Origin: Dendrobates tinctorius
Lineage: Eukaryota
Length of the DNA: 64,000 nt
Direction of reading: 5' to 3'
Assembly: GCF_039654945.1 (NCBI RefSeq)
Contig: NW_027361707.1
Location: 40,548,001-40,612,000 of the forward strand
Shown here: piece by piece, positions 46,172 to 60,203 of the stretch
Position numbering within the stretch: position 1 is the stretch's first letter
Layout of the letters: each line of letters opens with the position of its first letter
The notes under the pieces: model-generated
Database searches by the model: none
Told to the model about the DNA's origin: nothing
What the model saw: the letters and a program-made list of their open reading frames with translations, nothing else
Program-made: the position numbers and the translations under genes

Positions 46172-47156
46172 ATGTGCTCCACTATTGCCAATGCCATCCA
46201 GTGCACGTCTTGCCGCATGTATGAAATCCTTGAACAGCCGGTCGAGGGTGCATACTGCTGTGCGAGATGTGAGCACGTTGTGCATTTGGAAGCCCAGATA
46301 CTGGATCTAAATGTGCAGCTGGCAACACTGAGATCCATAGACAATATGGAAAGGAGTCTTCTGCTCACTGAGCAGACGCTCAGTGGGATAGATGAGGGGG
46401 GGGGATGCTAGGTTGGAGCTGCAGGACAATGAAGCAGCTAGCTGGGTGACAGTTAGAAGGCGGGGTAGAGGGAAGAGCACCAGGGAGGCTAGTCCTGATC
46501 TGGCACACCCCAATAAGTTTGCTAAGTTGGCAGATGAGGGGAGTGTTAGTGCAGGAGTAGCACTGCTGCAGCAAGGCATGTCCTCTGAAAGCCGGAGGAG
46601 TGTCTGCTCCAGTAAGGGGGGAAATAGGAGAGCAGGGCAGGCCAGACAGGTTCTGGTAGTGGGAGACTCAATTATTAGGGGAACAGATAGGGCAATCTGT
46701 CACAAAGACAGGGATCGTCGAACGGTGTGCTGCCTACCTGGCGCTCGAGTCCGACACATCGCTGATCGGGTTGACAGATTACTGGGAGGGGCTGGAGAGG
46801 ATCCAGCGGTCATGGTGCACATTGGCACAAATGACAAAGTTAGAGGTAGGTGGAAGGTCCTTAAAGATGATTTCAGGGAATTAGGCTGTAAGCTTAAAGC
46901 AAGGACCTCCAAGGTGGTATTTTCGGAAATACTTCCTGTACCACGTGCCACGCCAGAGAGGCAACGGGAGATTAGGGAGGTTAATAAGTGGCTCAGGAAT
47001 TGGTGTAGGAAGGAGGGGTTTGGGTTCCTGCAGAACTCGGCCGACTTCTCAGTTGGCTATAGGTTCTTCGCTAGGGACGGGCTGCACCTCAATGGGGAGG
47101 GTGCCGCTGTGCTGGGGGAGAAAATGGCTAGAAGGTTGGAGGAGTGTTTAAACTAG
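46172..47156 (+). pseudogene. CR1 ORF1 (zinc finger, coiled coil, SGNH esterase), frameshifted in a G9 run
   Basis: CTSC..CARC, GDS, GTND and DGLH motifs; the frame breaks at 46396-46404. Confidence 0.88.
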
Positions 47157-47246
47157 GGACGGGGGGGAGGTATTCCTTTTATAGGAGGGGAAGACAGTGC
47201 AGATAGAGACCTGGGCACAAATAATGACATTGGGGGTGGAGGTGGC

Positions 47247-50100
47247 ATGGGGGGTGGGGTTAGAACAGTTAATAATTTAAGAAAGAATAGAGGTACAGAG
47301 AGATACATAAAGTGCATGTATACTAATGCCAGAAGTCTCGCCAACAAAATGGAGGAATTGGAGTTAATGTTGTTGGAGCATAATTATGACATGGTGGGGA
47401 TATCTGAGACATGGCTGGATGAGAGCCATGACTGGGCTGTTAATGTACAGGGCTATAGTCTGTTCAGAAATGACCGAACAAATAAGCGAGGGGGAGGCGT
47501 GTGTTTATATGTAAAATCATCCTTAAAACCCATCCTTCGTGATAATATATATGAATCTAATGAAAATGTAGAGTCCCTGTGGGTGGAGATAAGGGGAGGG
47601 GGGAAAAATAATAAATTACTGATAGGGATTTGTTATAAATCTCCAAAAATAATGGAAGCTACAGAGAATATCCTCATAAAGCAAATAGATGAAGCAGCGA
47701 CTCAAGGAGAAGTCATTATTATGGGGGACTTCAACTACCCTGAAATACATTGGGGAACCGAAACCTGCAGTTCCAGCAAAGGTAATAGGTTTCTGACAAC
47801 GATGAGAGACAATTACCTTTCACAACTGGTTCAGGACCCAACAAGAGGGGGGCACTGCTAGACCTAATATTAACCAACAGGCCAGACCGCATATCAAATG
47901 TAAGGGTTGAGGGTCACTTGGGTAATAGTGATCACAAAATAATAAGTTTTCATGTATCCTTTAATAAGATGTGTAGTAGAGGGGTTACAAGGACACTAAA
48001 CTTCAGGAAGGCAAATTTCCAACGGATGAGAGATGATCTTGGTGCAATTAACTGGGACGATATCGTGAGACATAAAAATACACAAAGAAAATGGGAGACG
48101 TTTATTAGCATTCTGAATAGGACCTGTGCACAATATATACCATATGGGAATAAACATGCGAGAAATAGGAGGAAACCACTATGGCTAAATAGAGCTGTAA
48201 GGGGCGCAATAAGAGATAAAAATAAAGCATTTAGAGAATTAAAGCAAGTAGGTAGTGACGAGGCATTAAATAAATACAGAAGATTAAATAAATTCTGTAA
48301 AAAGCAAATCAAGACAGCAAAGATTGAGACAGAGAGACTCATTGCCAGAGAAAGTAAAAATAATCCCAAAATCTTCTTTAACTACATAAATAGTAAGAAG
48401 CTAAAAAATGATAGTGTTGGTCCCCTTAAAAATAGTCTGGGTGAAATGGTGGATGAGGATGAGGAAAAAGCCAATATGCTAAATGACTTTTTTTCGACAG
48501 TGTTTACACAAGAAAATCCCATGACGGATAACATGATCAGGGATAAAAATTCTCCATTAAATGTCACCTGCTTAACCCAGCAGGAAGTATGGCGGCGTCT
48601 ACAAATCACTAAAATTGACAAATCCCCGGGCCCGGATGGGATACACCCACGAGTACTGCAGGAATTAAGCACAGTCATAGATAGACCACTATTTTTAATC
48701 TTTAAAGATTCCATAATAACAGGGTCTGTACCACAGGACTGGCGTATAGCAAATGTGGTGCCAATATTCAAAAAGGGGACAAAAACTGAACTTGGAAATT
48801 ATAAGCCAGTAAGTTTAACCTCAACTGTGGGTAAAATCCTGGAGGATTTTCTAAGAGATACTATACTGGAGTATCTGGAGAAGAATAACCTTATGACCCA
48901 ATATCAACATGGGTTTACAAGAGACCGTTCCTGTCAGACTAATCTGATAAGCTTTTATGAAGAGGTAAGTTCCGGACTGGACCAAGGGAATGCAGTGGAC
49001 GTGGTGTACATGGACTTTTCAAAAGCTTTTGATACGGTGCCACACAAAAGGTTGATACATAAAATGAGAACAATGGGGATAGGGGAAAATATGTGTAGGT
49101 GGGTTAAGAGCTGGCTCAGGGATAGGAAACAAAGGGTGGTTATTAATGGAGCACACTCGGACTGGGTCACGGTTAGCAGTGGGGTACCACAGGGGTCAGT
49201 TTTGGGCCCGCTTCTTTTTAACATATTTATTAATGACCTTGTAGGGGGCATAGAGAGTAGAATTTCAATATTTGCAGATGACACTAAACTCTGCAGGGTA
49301 ATTAATACAGAGGAGGACAATTTTATATTACAGGAGGATTTATGTAAACTAGAAGCTTGGGCTGATAAATGGCAAATGAGCTTTAATGGGGATAAATGTA
49401 AGGTCATGCACTTGGGTAGAACGAACAAGATGTATAATTATGTGCTTAATTGGAAAACACTGGGCAAAACAGTCACTGAAAAAGACCTGGGTGTATGGGT
49501 GGACGACAAACTCACATTTAGTGGCCAGAGTCAAGCAGCTGCTGCAAAGGCAAATAAAATAATGGGATGCATTAAAAGAGGCATAGATGCTCATGAGGAG
49601 AACATAATTTTACCTCTATATAAGTCACTAGTGCGACCACACTTAGAATACTGTGTACAGTTCTGGTCTCCGGTGTATAAGAAAGACATAGCTGAACTGA
49701 AGCGGGTGCAGAGAAGAGCGACCAAGGTTATTAGGGAACTAGGGGGTCTGCAATACCAAGACAGGTTATTACACTTGGGGTTATTTAGTTTGGAGAATCG
49801 AAGGCTTAGGGGTGATCTTATTACAATGTATAAATATATGTGGGGACAATACAAAGACCTTTCTAATGATCTTTTTACTCTTAGACCTGTGACGGGGACA
49901 AGGGGGCATCCTCTACATCTGGAGAAAAGAAGGTTTAAGCATACTCACAGACGCGGATTCTTTACTGTAAGAGCAGTGAGACTATGAAACTCTCTGCCAT
50001 ATGATGTTGTAATGAGTGATTCACTACTAAAATTTAAGAAGGGACTGGATGTCTATCTTGAAAAGTATAATATTACAGGGTATATACACTAGTCTCCTTA
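47247..50100 (+). pseudogene. CR1 ORF2 (APE endonuclease plus RT), disrupted
   Basis: YTNARS, ISETW, GDFN, SDH; DFSKAFD, VPQGS, FADD. Frameshift in a G run near 47850 and an early TGA at 49985. Confidence 0.93.
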
Positions 50101-50386
50101 ATATTGCGTTGATCCAGGGAGCTAGTCTGATTGCCGTATGTGGAGTCGGGAAGGAATTTTTTTCCCCAATGTGAAGCTTACTGTTGCCACATGGGTTTTT
50201 TTTGCCTTCCTCTGGATCAACATGTTAGGGCAAGTTAGGATAGGATATGGGTTGAACTAGATGGACTTAAAGTCTCCCTTCAACCTTAATAACTATGTTA
50301 CTATGTTGCTATGTTATTAGGTGTAAGCATCAGTTTATCGCCCATTCCCAACATTTTCACTTCATGGGTCACTGTGTTTCACAGTT

Positions 50387-50787
50387 CAAGGAGTCATCCA
50401 CTACTTTTATATTGGTGGCATGTGCTTAAGATGGGTCATCAATATCTGATAGGCCGAGAGTCCGGCACCCCTGCCAATCAGCTGTTTTCAGTGGTGGCGG
50501 CCACCGGCCAGAAGTACTTACTTGCAGAACTGGCTGTCTACTTGTATTGGCCACCGCAGGGTCCTGCACATCCGCCTCCTAAACAAATCAATAGGAGGAG
50601 GATGTGCAGTAACAAACCCCAGCCACTACAAGTAGACGGTAAGCTCCGCAAGCAAGTAATTCCGGCCAGCTGCTGCTGCCACCGATAACATCTGATCGGC
50701 GGGGGTGCCAGATCCTGTCTGATCAGACATTGATGACCTATTCTAAGCATAGGTCATCAAAGTATAAGTAGTGCACAACCTCTTTAA
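50387..50787. mobile_element. Decayed T2-like palindromic MITE
   Basis: Inverted arms (ggtcatcaatatctgat / atcagacattgatgacc); TTAA at the right end. Confidence 0.6.
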
Positions 50788-53700
50788 GGTTCCAAGTTGT
50801 GAAACATGTACCAGAATCACGACATCCCAGAGATCGCCATCAAGTCCTAAAGCAACGGAAGGTCTTTGCGGTACATGATTTACCTTCGTTATGTCCAAAT
50901 TGTTTTAACCCTTTAGTGATGGAGCTAATTTTGACCTTAATGACCAGGCCAAATTTTTAAAATCTGATCATTGTCACTTAATATGGGAATAACTTTGGAA
51001 CGCTTCAACGAATCCCAGTGATTCTGAGTTTTTTTTTCGCAATTTTCAAACTTTAAATTTTTTATGCCCTTACAGCAGAAGGTTATACCACACAAAATAG
51101 TTAATAAATAACATTTCCCATATGTCTGCTTTACATCTGCATTAATTTTGAAACATAATTTTTTTGATAGGAAGTTAGAAGGGTTCAAAGTTGATCAGCA
51201 ATTTCTAATTTTTGAAAAAACATTTTACAAAAGTATCACATTTGAAGTGACTTTGGGGGGTCTATATGACAGAAAATACCCAAAAGTGACACCATTCTAA
51301 AAAATGCACCCCTCAAGGTGCTTAAAGCCACATTCAAGAATTTTATTAACCCTTCAGGTGCTTCACAGCAATGAATGAAATGTGGAAGGAGAAAATTAAC
51401 AGACCCAGTTTCTCATTTGTTTCATTGTGCATTCTGTGCATATAAGGGTGTGACCGCCCTGTTTCTGAGTTGGAAAATCCATCCTGTCTGGTCTATACTA
51501 TTACTGGTGGTTCAGTCCCTCTGTCCTTGTTCACATTTATGTCACTTGACAAGTGGAAAGGTTTTAAATACAAGAGTTAGGACTGTCCCACGGGGGTTGC
51601 CTTGACGTGGCAGGATGGCTTCTACATTATTTTGATCAAAATTATGTTAACTAAATACCCTTATTATTACTATTATTACTACCTTAATGCAATTTTTGCA
51701 ATATATTTTTTACTTTTTTATTCCAGGATATTTGTTTTGTTTTTGGTTTTCGCTGCTATCTCCGTGTATGACTCCTTGCCTACGTTCTGACTGTTCTCTG
51801 CTCGCTCCTCCTGTACCGCACCGCCCCCTCCACGTATAACCCCCGTTTGTCCGACATGAGTTCCCCTCTCCTCTACTCCAGGGTCCCTGCAGCATCCTGC
51901 ACTCATCTCCAGCAGCCGGATGCTAACCCCCACCCCCTGTGGTCACATGATCGCAGGTCCTTCTGCTTCCTGCTACCCTCAGCGTCCCCTCTCACCAAGC
52001 TGCTCAGGTCCCATCTGCCTGAGCTTCCCCCACAGCATCTGACACCCGCAGTGTGGGTGAGTCACCCTGCTCAGCCGTGGCAGTTCGCAGGTGCTGACAG
52101 GATCCTGATAAAGCCCCACCCTAACCCTGAGCCCAGCCGTAACCCCAATCCTAACAATAAGCCCAACCCTAAACCTTCCTCAACCCCAATGGCAAATAAT
52201 GAAACAAATAAAAATTATAAAATAAAAAAAATAGTCTGACTAAGGGGATGACACAGGGGGATGACATACTAATTACTGGCTTTTGCTCATTGTGATAAAG
52301 TCCTTCACAGTGATAAAGTCCTTCACAGTGATCAAAAGGAATCAATAAGAAAATTCCCTGCTGTAACCAGGTGCTTTTTCATAAAGAGACGAAGGGTCGG
52401 GGGTCAGAGCAGGAGGGACTGGGGGATGGAGGAGATACTGGGGGGATTGTAGACATAATTTCTCTCTCCATTCACATGTATATCATGTCAGAAGAGACAG
52501 AAATGATTTTAATAGCGGGCACACTTTTTTCAGTGAATAAAGGCGATCACGTGATCGGGGACCAGAAAATCCAGCCCTGATTGTGTTCTCCAGCGGGTAC
52601 CTGAGACCCTGGATTTTTTGACATACAATCATTTTCCCTGTAAATATGGTTTAACATCCTTTTAAATAATCCAATGATTAGACTTATTTGTACATTCTCC
52701 GCTTCACTTGCGACTTCCCTTGGCATTGATGTCACTTCCTCCCTTGGCGTGTTTCCACATGACTCTTTTACCATGATGCCATGATGTTTTTTTTTTCCAA
52801 ATCACAATCAAATTAAAAAATAGTAGAATACAATAAAAATTAGAAGTCGTGCAGTTTTTACACTGGCAAATGGGGCTATTTAAACTTAAAATTAGTGTTG
52901 TTTCAGTAAATCCATAGGAGCATTAAAAGCAACACACTTACTCAGGCCTTATCTTTTGTATTGAAGAATCTAATAATCGTGTGCAAAAGTTATTTTGAAT
53001 TCGAGAGGGGAGCACGGTCAGCTGTGACATCACCTACAGTGAATTAGAATCCAGATTCTTATGATAAGGAGTTTACTGAAAACTACATTATATGGTGTAG
53101 TCACGATCTGGACATGTCAGTTCTCTGTGTCACAATCCATTTGGTTTTGGCTAGACTGGGGTGTGGAGTCAATGTAATTTCCTGGTCTTTAACCATAACC
53201 CAAGCAGGGAGATATAGAAGATTGCTAAATTGAAGAATCAAAAATAATTGTTGGAAGTAGTGTTCATGGAGAAAAAGTGTAGCTAGTAACAAAGTCAAGA
53301 GTCATCATCAGTACAGCGGCTAGGATGGTGCAGGTCACCATATGGAATGGCTCAGAGCCAAGAGTAGAATAATTAGTACCAAACACTGAATATCACTGTG
53401 CAAGGCACTGTGTATTTGCAATGAAGGTGCCTGGATGCAACGTACAGAGATCACTAGGCAGAAACAGCCAAGGGTTGATATACTGGTATTTTTATACAAC
53501 AATAACTTCTAAACAATTAGGGTTAGTAAATATACAAATTAACAATATAGAGAATTATAGCAGGCTATGAACAAGCTAGAAAGTCTCTCAGTACTTAACG
53601 TTAGTGGTGCGTCCAGTCTTGGGAGACACCACGTGAGTTCTCACTTAAAGCTCTGGCTTTAGCGGAGGTCACCGAATTTTTTACGCTAGGCCGCAAGTCT

Positions 53701-55407
53701 CTTCCTGACATAGTCTATTAAACCCTGTTGAGCCTCCCACGCACCAACCGGCCACCCCCCAACCTGTAATCTTAGTACCAGCCGGCCCCGATACCCTAGG
53801 TGATGGCCCAGCTCACTTGCACTGTTCCTCCACTCTTGCAGGCGTGCCTCTCCTGTCGCAGTCACCGCATGGCTCTTCTCGGCCTGACCATTGGTGAAAG
53901 TCTCTCATGCTCAGGGCAGATAGACCAGGCCTCAACTCTTGACAGGCGTAGCCTGACTTTGGAGGCTTGATCAGCATAGGGTGCAGATTACGGCTCTGAC
54001 CAGCGTAAGCCATACTCGGGATATCTTCCGGGGGGATCCGGACCTTGCCAGGTGGTGACCGACACCCAGGTAGCACAGACTCCCTGCTGAGGCCTGTCAC
54101 ATAGGTCTCAGTGGAGTCTCTGCAGCATGTCTGCCCCGCTCTCTTTCCTAGCACCAAATCCCCCTGTAGTTTGGCTTGCTGGGCTTTTATATCAGGGCAG
54201 TTCTTACAGATGGTCACCTGATCTGGTCCAGCACACAAGGTTCCCCCCTCTGCAAATCTTCCAGCACACTTTGGTTCCGCTTGATTTTGGCTGGCCAGCA
54301 GATGGCAGTCTCTCATTAATGGCACATCTTGCACCAATTTTCCAGAGGGCTCATGTTTTCTGGTTACATATTGACCATTTTCTCATGAAATTTGAAGAGT
54401 TTTGGGAGGACACTGATGGAGAAAAATGCTCCTCTATCAGCACTCATGTTCTGCATGGAAGAAGGAGGGTGCTTTTGAAATGAGAAGATTAATGCTGCTT
54501 AATTGTAAAAATGATTAGAAAGTGTCTTCCCCCATTGGTCACCGTTCTTTTAGGCAACTTGACCTTATTTGATAGATGCTAAATAGAAACTATACAATTC
54601 ACAATATTAAAAAGTAGCCTTTCAGTGATTTTCTTTTTAATTCAGTCTGTAACTAGTCCCCCTAATAACTATAAATCAACTATTATTGCCTTATTAAGCT
54701 CTTCCTTTTTTATCTAAAAATTCATGGATTCCTTCTCTTTTGCTGACTCAAGTTCTCATTGAAATTACATGGTTTTATGTTCTCTGATGGGGGGGTCACA
54801 ATCTCAGTCACAAGAATGTTTATGGTAAAACTAGATGGATTGTACCATAGAAGTTCTCCACAGGGGAACGAGAAAGTGTTATCACCTTACTGATGATGAC
54901 TACGCAGCTCCTGTCACAAAGTTAGAATGTAGAAGTTGATGACAGTTCTTCTTCCTTACTGTATTCTTAAAATATTTTTGCTTTTTTAGGAAAAAATGGA
55001 GGCAGGGATGAACACGCTTTTACCACAGCTGAGATAGAACTGTTTCAAACTGCCCATATGATGCAGTTCTGATGTATATAATCAATAATATGACCCTTAC
55101 TTTCAAAACCCATTAAAACACAAATGATTTGAGAACAGGAAGGGTTTCTCATTCCTTGTTTATAGCCAGTAGACATTCATAAGCTGCAATAAATAGCAAC
55201 ACGTTTATTCATTCAAAAATTGATTACATTCAGTATTAACACTAGGAATATCAAATAGCAGGTATCATGTGTATAAAATAGAGTCTCATCCATATTGGCC
55301 ACTTTGAGAGGAACATTTGTTTGTATATTCACTTGCCAGCACATGGTTGGGCAATTCGAGAAGACACAGGAACAAGGTTGTAGTGTACATCTAGCATGCA
55401 CTCACTG

Positions 55408-57070
55408 CATAATAATAATAATAATAATAATCTTTATTTATATAGCGCCAACATATTCCGCAGCGCTTTACAGTTGAACAGTTTCAAACACAACAGTCAT
55501 AAGTAACAACGTTAACAATACAATAATTAAAGCGAAATAAGACGACCCTGCTCGTGGAGCTTACAATCTACAATGAGGTGGGGGGGATACAAAGCACAGG
55601 TTTGTATTTACAATGATGTATTTACAATGATGGTCCAGCCATCTTCAGGGGGTGGGGGTTAGATGGAGATAGTGAATGGGCTACACACACACAAACATGA
55701 CTTTGATTACTGAATGTGATAGGCCGCTCTGAACAAATGTGTTTTGAGCGAGCGCCTAAAACTATGCAAATTGTGGATGGTCCTAATATTTTGGGGTAGA
55801 GCATTCCAGAGGATTGGCGCAGCACGGGAGAAGTCTTGGAGTCGGGAGTGGGAGGTACGGATTAGGGCAGAGGTTAGTCGAAAGTCATTTGCAGAGCGCA
55901 GTGGTCGGTTAGGCCGATAGACAGAAATGAGGGAGGAGATGTAAGGGGGTGCCGCACTGTGGAGAGCTTTGTGGGTGAGAACAAGTACTTTGAATTGTAC
56001 CCTGTAATGAATTGGCAGCCAGTGTAACGACTGGCGAAGAGCGGACGCGTCTGAGAAACGATTAGCCAGATGGACAACCCTGGCTGCTGCATTAAGGATA
56101 GACTGGAGAGGGGAGAGTCGAGTGAGAGGGAGGCCAATTAATAGAGCATTACAGTAGTCTAGGCGGGAGTGGATCAGGGCGACAGTGAGAGTTTTTGTTG
56201 TTTCCATGGTGAGAAAAGGGCGGATTCTAGAGATGTTCTTTAGGTGTAAGCGGCATGAGCGGGCAAGAGATTGTATATGGGAGGTGAAGGAGAGATCGGA
56301 GTCGAACATAACACCCAGACAGCGCACCTGCTGTCGGGGTGTTATTATGGTGCCACCCACAGAGAGGGAAATGTCAGATTTAGGGAGGTTAGTAGATGGT
56401 GGGAGCAGAAGAAGTTCAGTTTTGGAGAGGTTGAGTTTCAGATAGAGAGCAGACATGATGTTGGAGACTGCAGACAGACAGTCAGTGGCGTTCTGTAGTA
56501 CAGCGGAGGTAAGGTCAGGGGATGATGTGTACAGTTGTGTGTCATCAGCATAAAGATGGTACTGAAAGCCAAATCTGCTGATGGTCTGTCCAATTGGGGC
56601 TGTATAGAGAGAGAAGAGAAGGGGGCCAAGGACTGAGCCCTGAGGTACCCCAACAGTGAGAGGAAGAGGAGATGAAGTGGAGCCAGAAAACAGAACACTG
56701 AAGGAGCGGTCGGAAAGATAGGAGGAGAACCAGGAAAGAGCAGTGTCCTTAATGCCTAGTGACTGGAGCCTAGAGAGTAGGAGAGGATGGTCAACAGTGT
56801 CGAAAGCTGCAGAAAGGTCGAGAAGAATGAGCAGAGAATGGTCACCATTACGTTTTGCTGTCAGAAGGTCATTGGTCACTTTGATGAGTGCAGTTTCTGT
56901 CGAATGTAGGGGGCGGAAACCGGACTGTGAAGGGTCTAGGAGGGAGTGAGTGGAGAGGTAACGGGTAAGGCGTGAGTATATCAGGCGCTCCAAGAGTTTA
57001 GAGATGAAGGGGAGATTGGAGACTGGTCTGTAGTTGTTTGTGCAGGATGGGTCAAGGGTGGGTTTCTTTA
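55408..57070 (-). mobile_element. L2-clade LINE, 5'-truncated
   Basis: RT ORF followed by a 3' UTR and a (TAT)n tail. Confidence 0.92.
55707..57070 (-). pseudogene. L2 ORF2 RT and C-terminal part, open but lacking the endonuclease
   Basis: [43 protein letters not shown]. Confidence 0.9.
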
Positions 57071-57119
57071 GTACTCTTTGAATGCTCCTCATGTGTCAAT
57101 CATGCAAAAATCTCAAATG

Positions 57120-57815
57120 TATTTATTTTACTCACTTACATGGCACACTCATATTATATAGCGCTTTACAGACAATCATCACTGTCCTCATTGGGGCTCA
57201 CAATCAGGGCCTGCCCGAACGTATAGGCGAACTAGGTGGCCGCCTAGGGCGCCGACCCAAAGGGGGCGCCAGAGAAAAATTAGAAAAAATTAGAAAAAAA
57301 TCTTTTCAAATGGCAAAAAGTTTTAGGGATGGAAAGAAAAGTGTACATATTTAAGGGCAAATATGACGCAAGAGAGGTTGGTTGGGTTGGCAACAATTTC
57401 GATAGAATCTGAAGTTGCTAAACAAATTAATCTCGGTGACTTAGTGTCATCCTTTTAAAAAAAAAAAAGGCAAGGAAACAAAAATTTTAATTACCTATGG
57501 TCGTTTTTGTTTTGTGTTATTGATTACTTTGTATATATTTGTCCTATACAACTTCTCAGAAGATTAAAGAGTTAGGAGAGAGTTAATTAATCATTGTTGT
57601 TGTGGTTTATTTTGCTCCTAAATTTATATCCCAAGTTTTCATCTACTGCCAAGAATAGTAGGGGCGCAACAAAATAGTTTCGCCTAGGGCGCCGTAATCT
57701 CTCGGGCCGGCCCTGCTCACAATCTAAATTCCCTATCATTCTTTGGAGTGTGGGAGGAAACAGGAGAACCCGGAGGTAACCCAAGCAAACACGGGGAGAA
57801 CATACAAACTCCTTG
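57120..57815 (-). mobile_element. SINE fragment (V-SINE-like core) split by hAT MITE copy B
   Basis: tgtgggaggaaac..ggag..cccggagg.aaccca.gcaaacacggggagaacatacaaactcc core motif. Confidence 0.6.
57205..57715 (+). mobile_element. hAT MITE, copy B, inverted relative to copy A
   Basis: Near-identical to 42798-43304; 8-bp duplication CTCACAAT. Confidence 0.93.
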
Positions 57816-58746
57816 TAAATTTTATTACTCTAATTTATCATTTTAAATACAAGCAGAAATCCACAATACACAATTCCTCATAAACAACAATATTCTTTTT
57901 AATAAATGATAAAGTAAAACATTTCAAAATAGCAGAAACAAATTAAGAAAACCTTACACACTATTTCCACACCACGTAAACCGACTTCAACATGTATGAG
58001 GATTGGGTGTTTATAAGAAAATGTGCACATATCAGTAGATAGTCTGCCTCTTACAAATCCTAATATTTCTAGAGAAAGATGTTAAAATTACAACACTCAT
58101 TTAGCCTCTTTGGGGTCAGTATCTCGAGAGTGTAGATAATATAGAAGCTATCTAATGATCACCGACTGTTCATCTGACCCATCGAACTCCTCTAAAACAA
58201 GCCATTTCAGATTAAATACTCTATGACCCATCTCATAAAAGTGAAAATGGGAAAAATAGTTTATACAATAACAAGCACAGAAAGATATACCAACACTGAA
58301 ATGGTGAAGATGGAGTCTACAATAACAGGTGCAAACTCAGAATAATAATATAAACCTATAAAGTATTGAGTTTAAAAGCTCTAAAATGGGAAAATACAGG
58401 ATATTTTTTAAATTTTATATTCTGCATTTTCAATTTTAAACATGTTGTTGATACAGTAAAAAAAAAGTTATTTTCTTATTTAAGTGCTTTTGAATTCAAT
58501 TCTCAATTTTACATATCATAAAAATTTATTGGAAGAATTTCTTCCCTAAACTTACTTTTTTTTTTTATCTTATTAGTCCCTTGCCCGTTGATCTTTTTTC
58601 AAAAGGCTACCTGTGAGTTTAACGGCTTGTGTCGTCTAAGCAGAAAACCCCTTTTATGTGTAGTTTATTCTGAAAATTGATTGTGTTTGAGTCAGCAGTG
58701 ACAGAACAAGTCAAATTATTGATTATACGGTACAGGACACTCTTAA

Positions 58747-59184
58747 GGGTACTTCACACATAGCGAGATCGTTAGCGAGATCGCTGAAATATCACAGGTT
58801 TTGTGATGCAACAGCGACCTCGCCAGCGATCTCGTTACGTGTGACACATAGCGGCAACCGCCCCCCCGCTGCGATATCGCTGATCATGCTCGAATGTCCT
58901 AGGCCATTTTTTGATCATTGGTGTCCCGCTGGCCGGCATGCATCGCTGTGTTTGACACCATAACAACGACAAGCGACCTCGTTGAAGCACACCTATCGAG
59001 GTCTGAGTCGTCGGAATAGCTGCTGTGTGACAAGGTCCCAACGACCGCCGTATCGTTGCTGCGTCGCTGAGTAGATCTGCCTGTTTGACAGCTTACTAGC
59101 GACCATGTAGCGACGTACCAGCGATCCTTACCAGGTCATATTGTTGTCGGGATCGCTGGAGCGTCGCTATGTGTAACGGGACCT
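58747..59184. mobile_element. Harbinger-type MITE with AGCGAT subterminal repeats
   Basis: TAA-GGGTACTTCACAC...GTGTAACGGGACCT-TTA. Confidence 0.7.
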
Positions 59185-59188
59185 TTAA

Positions 59189-59593
59189 GGCCCTTTTACA
59201 TTTAGCGATGCACCAGCGATCCCGACCGCGATACGACCCGGTCAGGATCGCTGGTGCATCGCTAAATGATCGCTAGTGAGCTGCCACACAGGCAGACCTC
59301 ACAGCAATGCAGCAGCGATACAGCAGACGATACTTACCTTTCAGAGGCGGCGATCCTAACGTCCTCCCGCCCACCTCCACACGTCGCTCGTCGGCGACAC
59401 AGGAAGCCCAGCAGGAAGCGCCCAACGAGAAATGGAGCCGGCTGATGTCGCGCGATCAGCGACAGACAGCGGGGGAGCCGGTCGGAGGTAAGTATCACAC
59501 ATAGCGATATCGCTAGCAATATCGCTGCAACGTCACAAAATCGGTGATGCTTTAGCGATATTGCTAGCGATATCGCTATATGTAAAGGCCCCT
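59189..59593. mobile_element. Second related Harbinger-type MITE abutting the previous one
   Basis: TAA-GGCCCTTTTACAT...ATGTAAAGGCCCCT-TTA, with the same AGCGAT repeats. Confidence 0.7.
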
Positions 59594-59807
59594 TTAAAGT
59601 GGTTACAGGAGACAGGGAGTGGTTAGCACATCCACTGAGGATTTTGGGAAATGTAGTGTCCAGGATCTGCTGGAAGAAGTAGTGTGTCAGAGATAGACTC
59701 CAGTGAGACTGAACTAAGATAAGCTATAGAGACTAGCTTGTTCAGAGAAGTTACTGTTAATGGTCTACCCTATGTAGTTAAAGGCTTATCCCTTACTGTG
59801 TAAAGTA

Positions 59808-60203
59808 GTACGGTAGTTTCACGTGACCGTTTTCCCACATCGAAGATAAACAGTTTGATTTTGCTGGTCAGACTTTGATCAGAGTGGCATCAGATTTTCT
59901 CAGAAGTGGAGAGTAATAAAAAAAAAAGTTTCTCCACTCTGCCTGTCTCTGAAAATCGGACCACACTCAGATGTCATCTGAGTGCGGTCAAATTTTTTTC
60001 ACGGACCCATACGCTTGCATTGCCGATTTTGATCCGACACTCGGCTCAAAATCAGACATGTCTCAGATTTTTTTCTGTGGACCACTCAGTCTGAGAAAAA
60101 AAATCAGACGAGCACAGCCCCATAGAATATCATAAGCACGAGTGCTATCTGTGAAAACCACGGATAGCACTCGTATGAGAAAATCAGTCATGTGTACGAG
60201 CCC
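59808..60203. mobile_element. Decayed Harbinger-type MITE
   Basis: Right end CAGTCATGTGTACGAGCCC-TTA; left end is degenerate. Confidence 0.45.

Larger units (their letters stand above)
45951..50318 (+). mobile_element. CR1 LINE, near full length
   Basis: 5' UTR, ORF1, ORF2 and a 3' (ACTATGTT)n tail at ~50292-50318. Confidence 0.95.

Noticed and set aside
52115-52190. Telomere-like CCCTAA variants
   Set aside because: A few degenerate units inside a decayed repeat; not a telomeric array.
53100-54800. Possible solo LTR on the minus strand and its 174-aa ORF (53813-54337)
   Set aside because: LTR-like composition and a TGTGACCCC end, but no matching other end or target duplication found; the ORF has no motifs.
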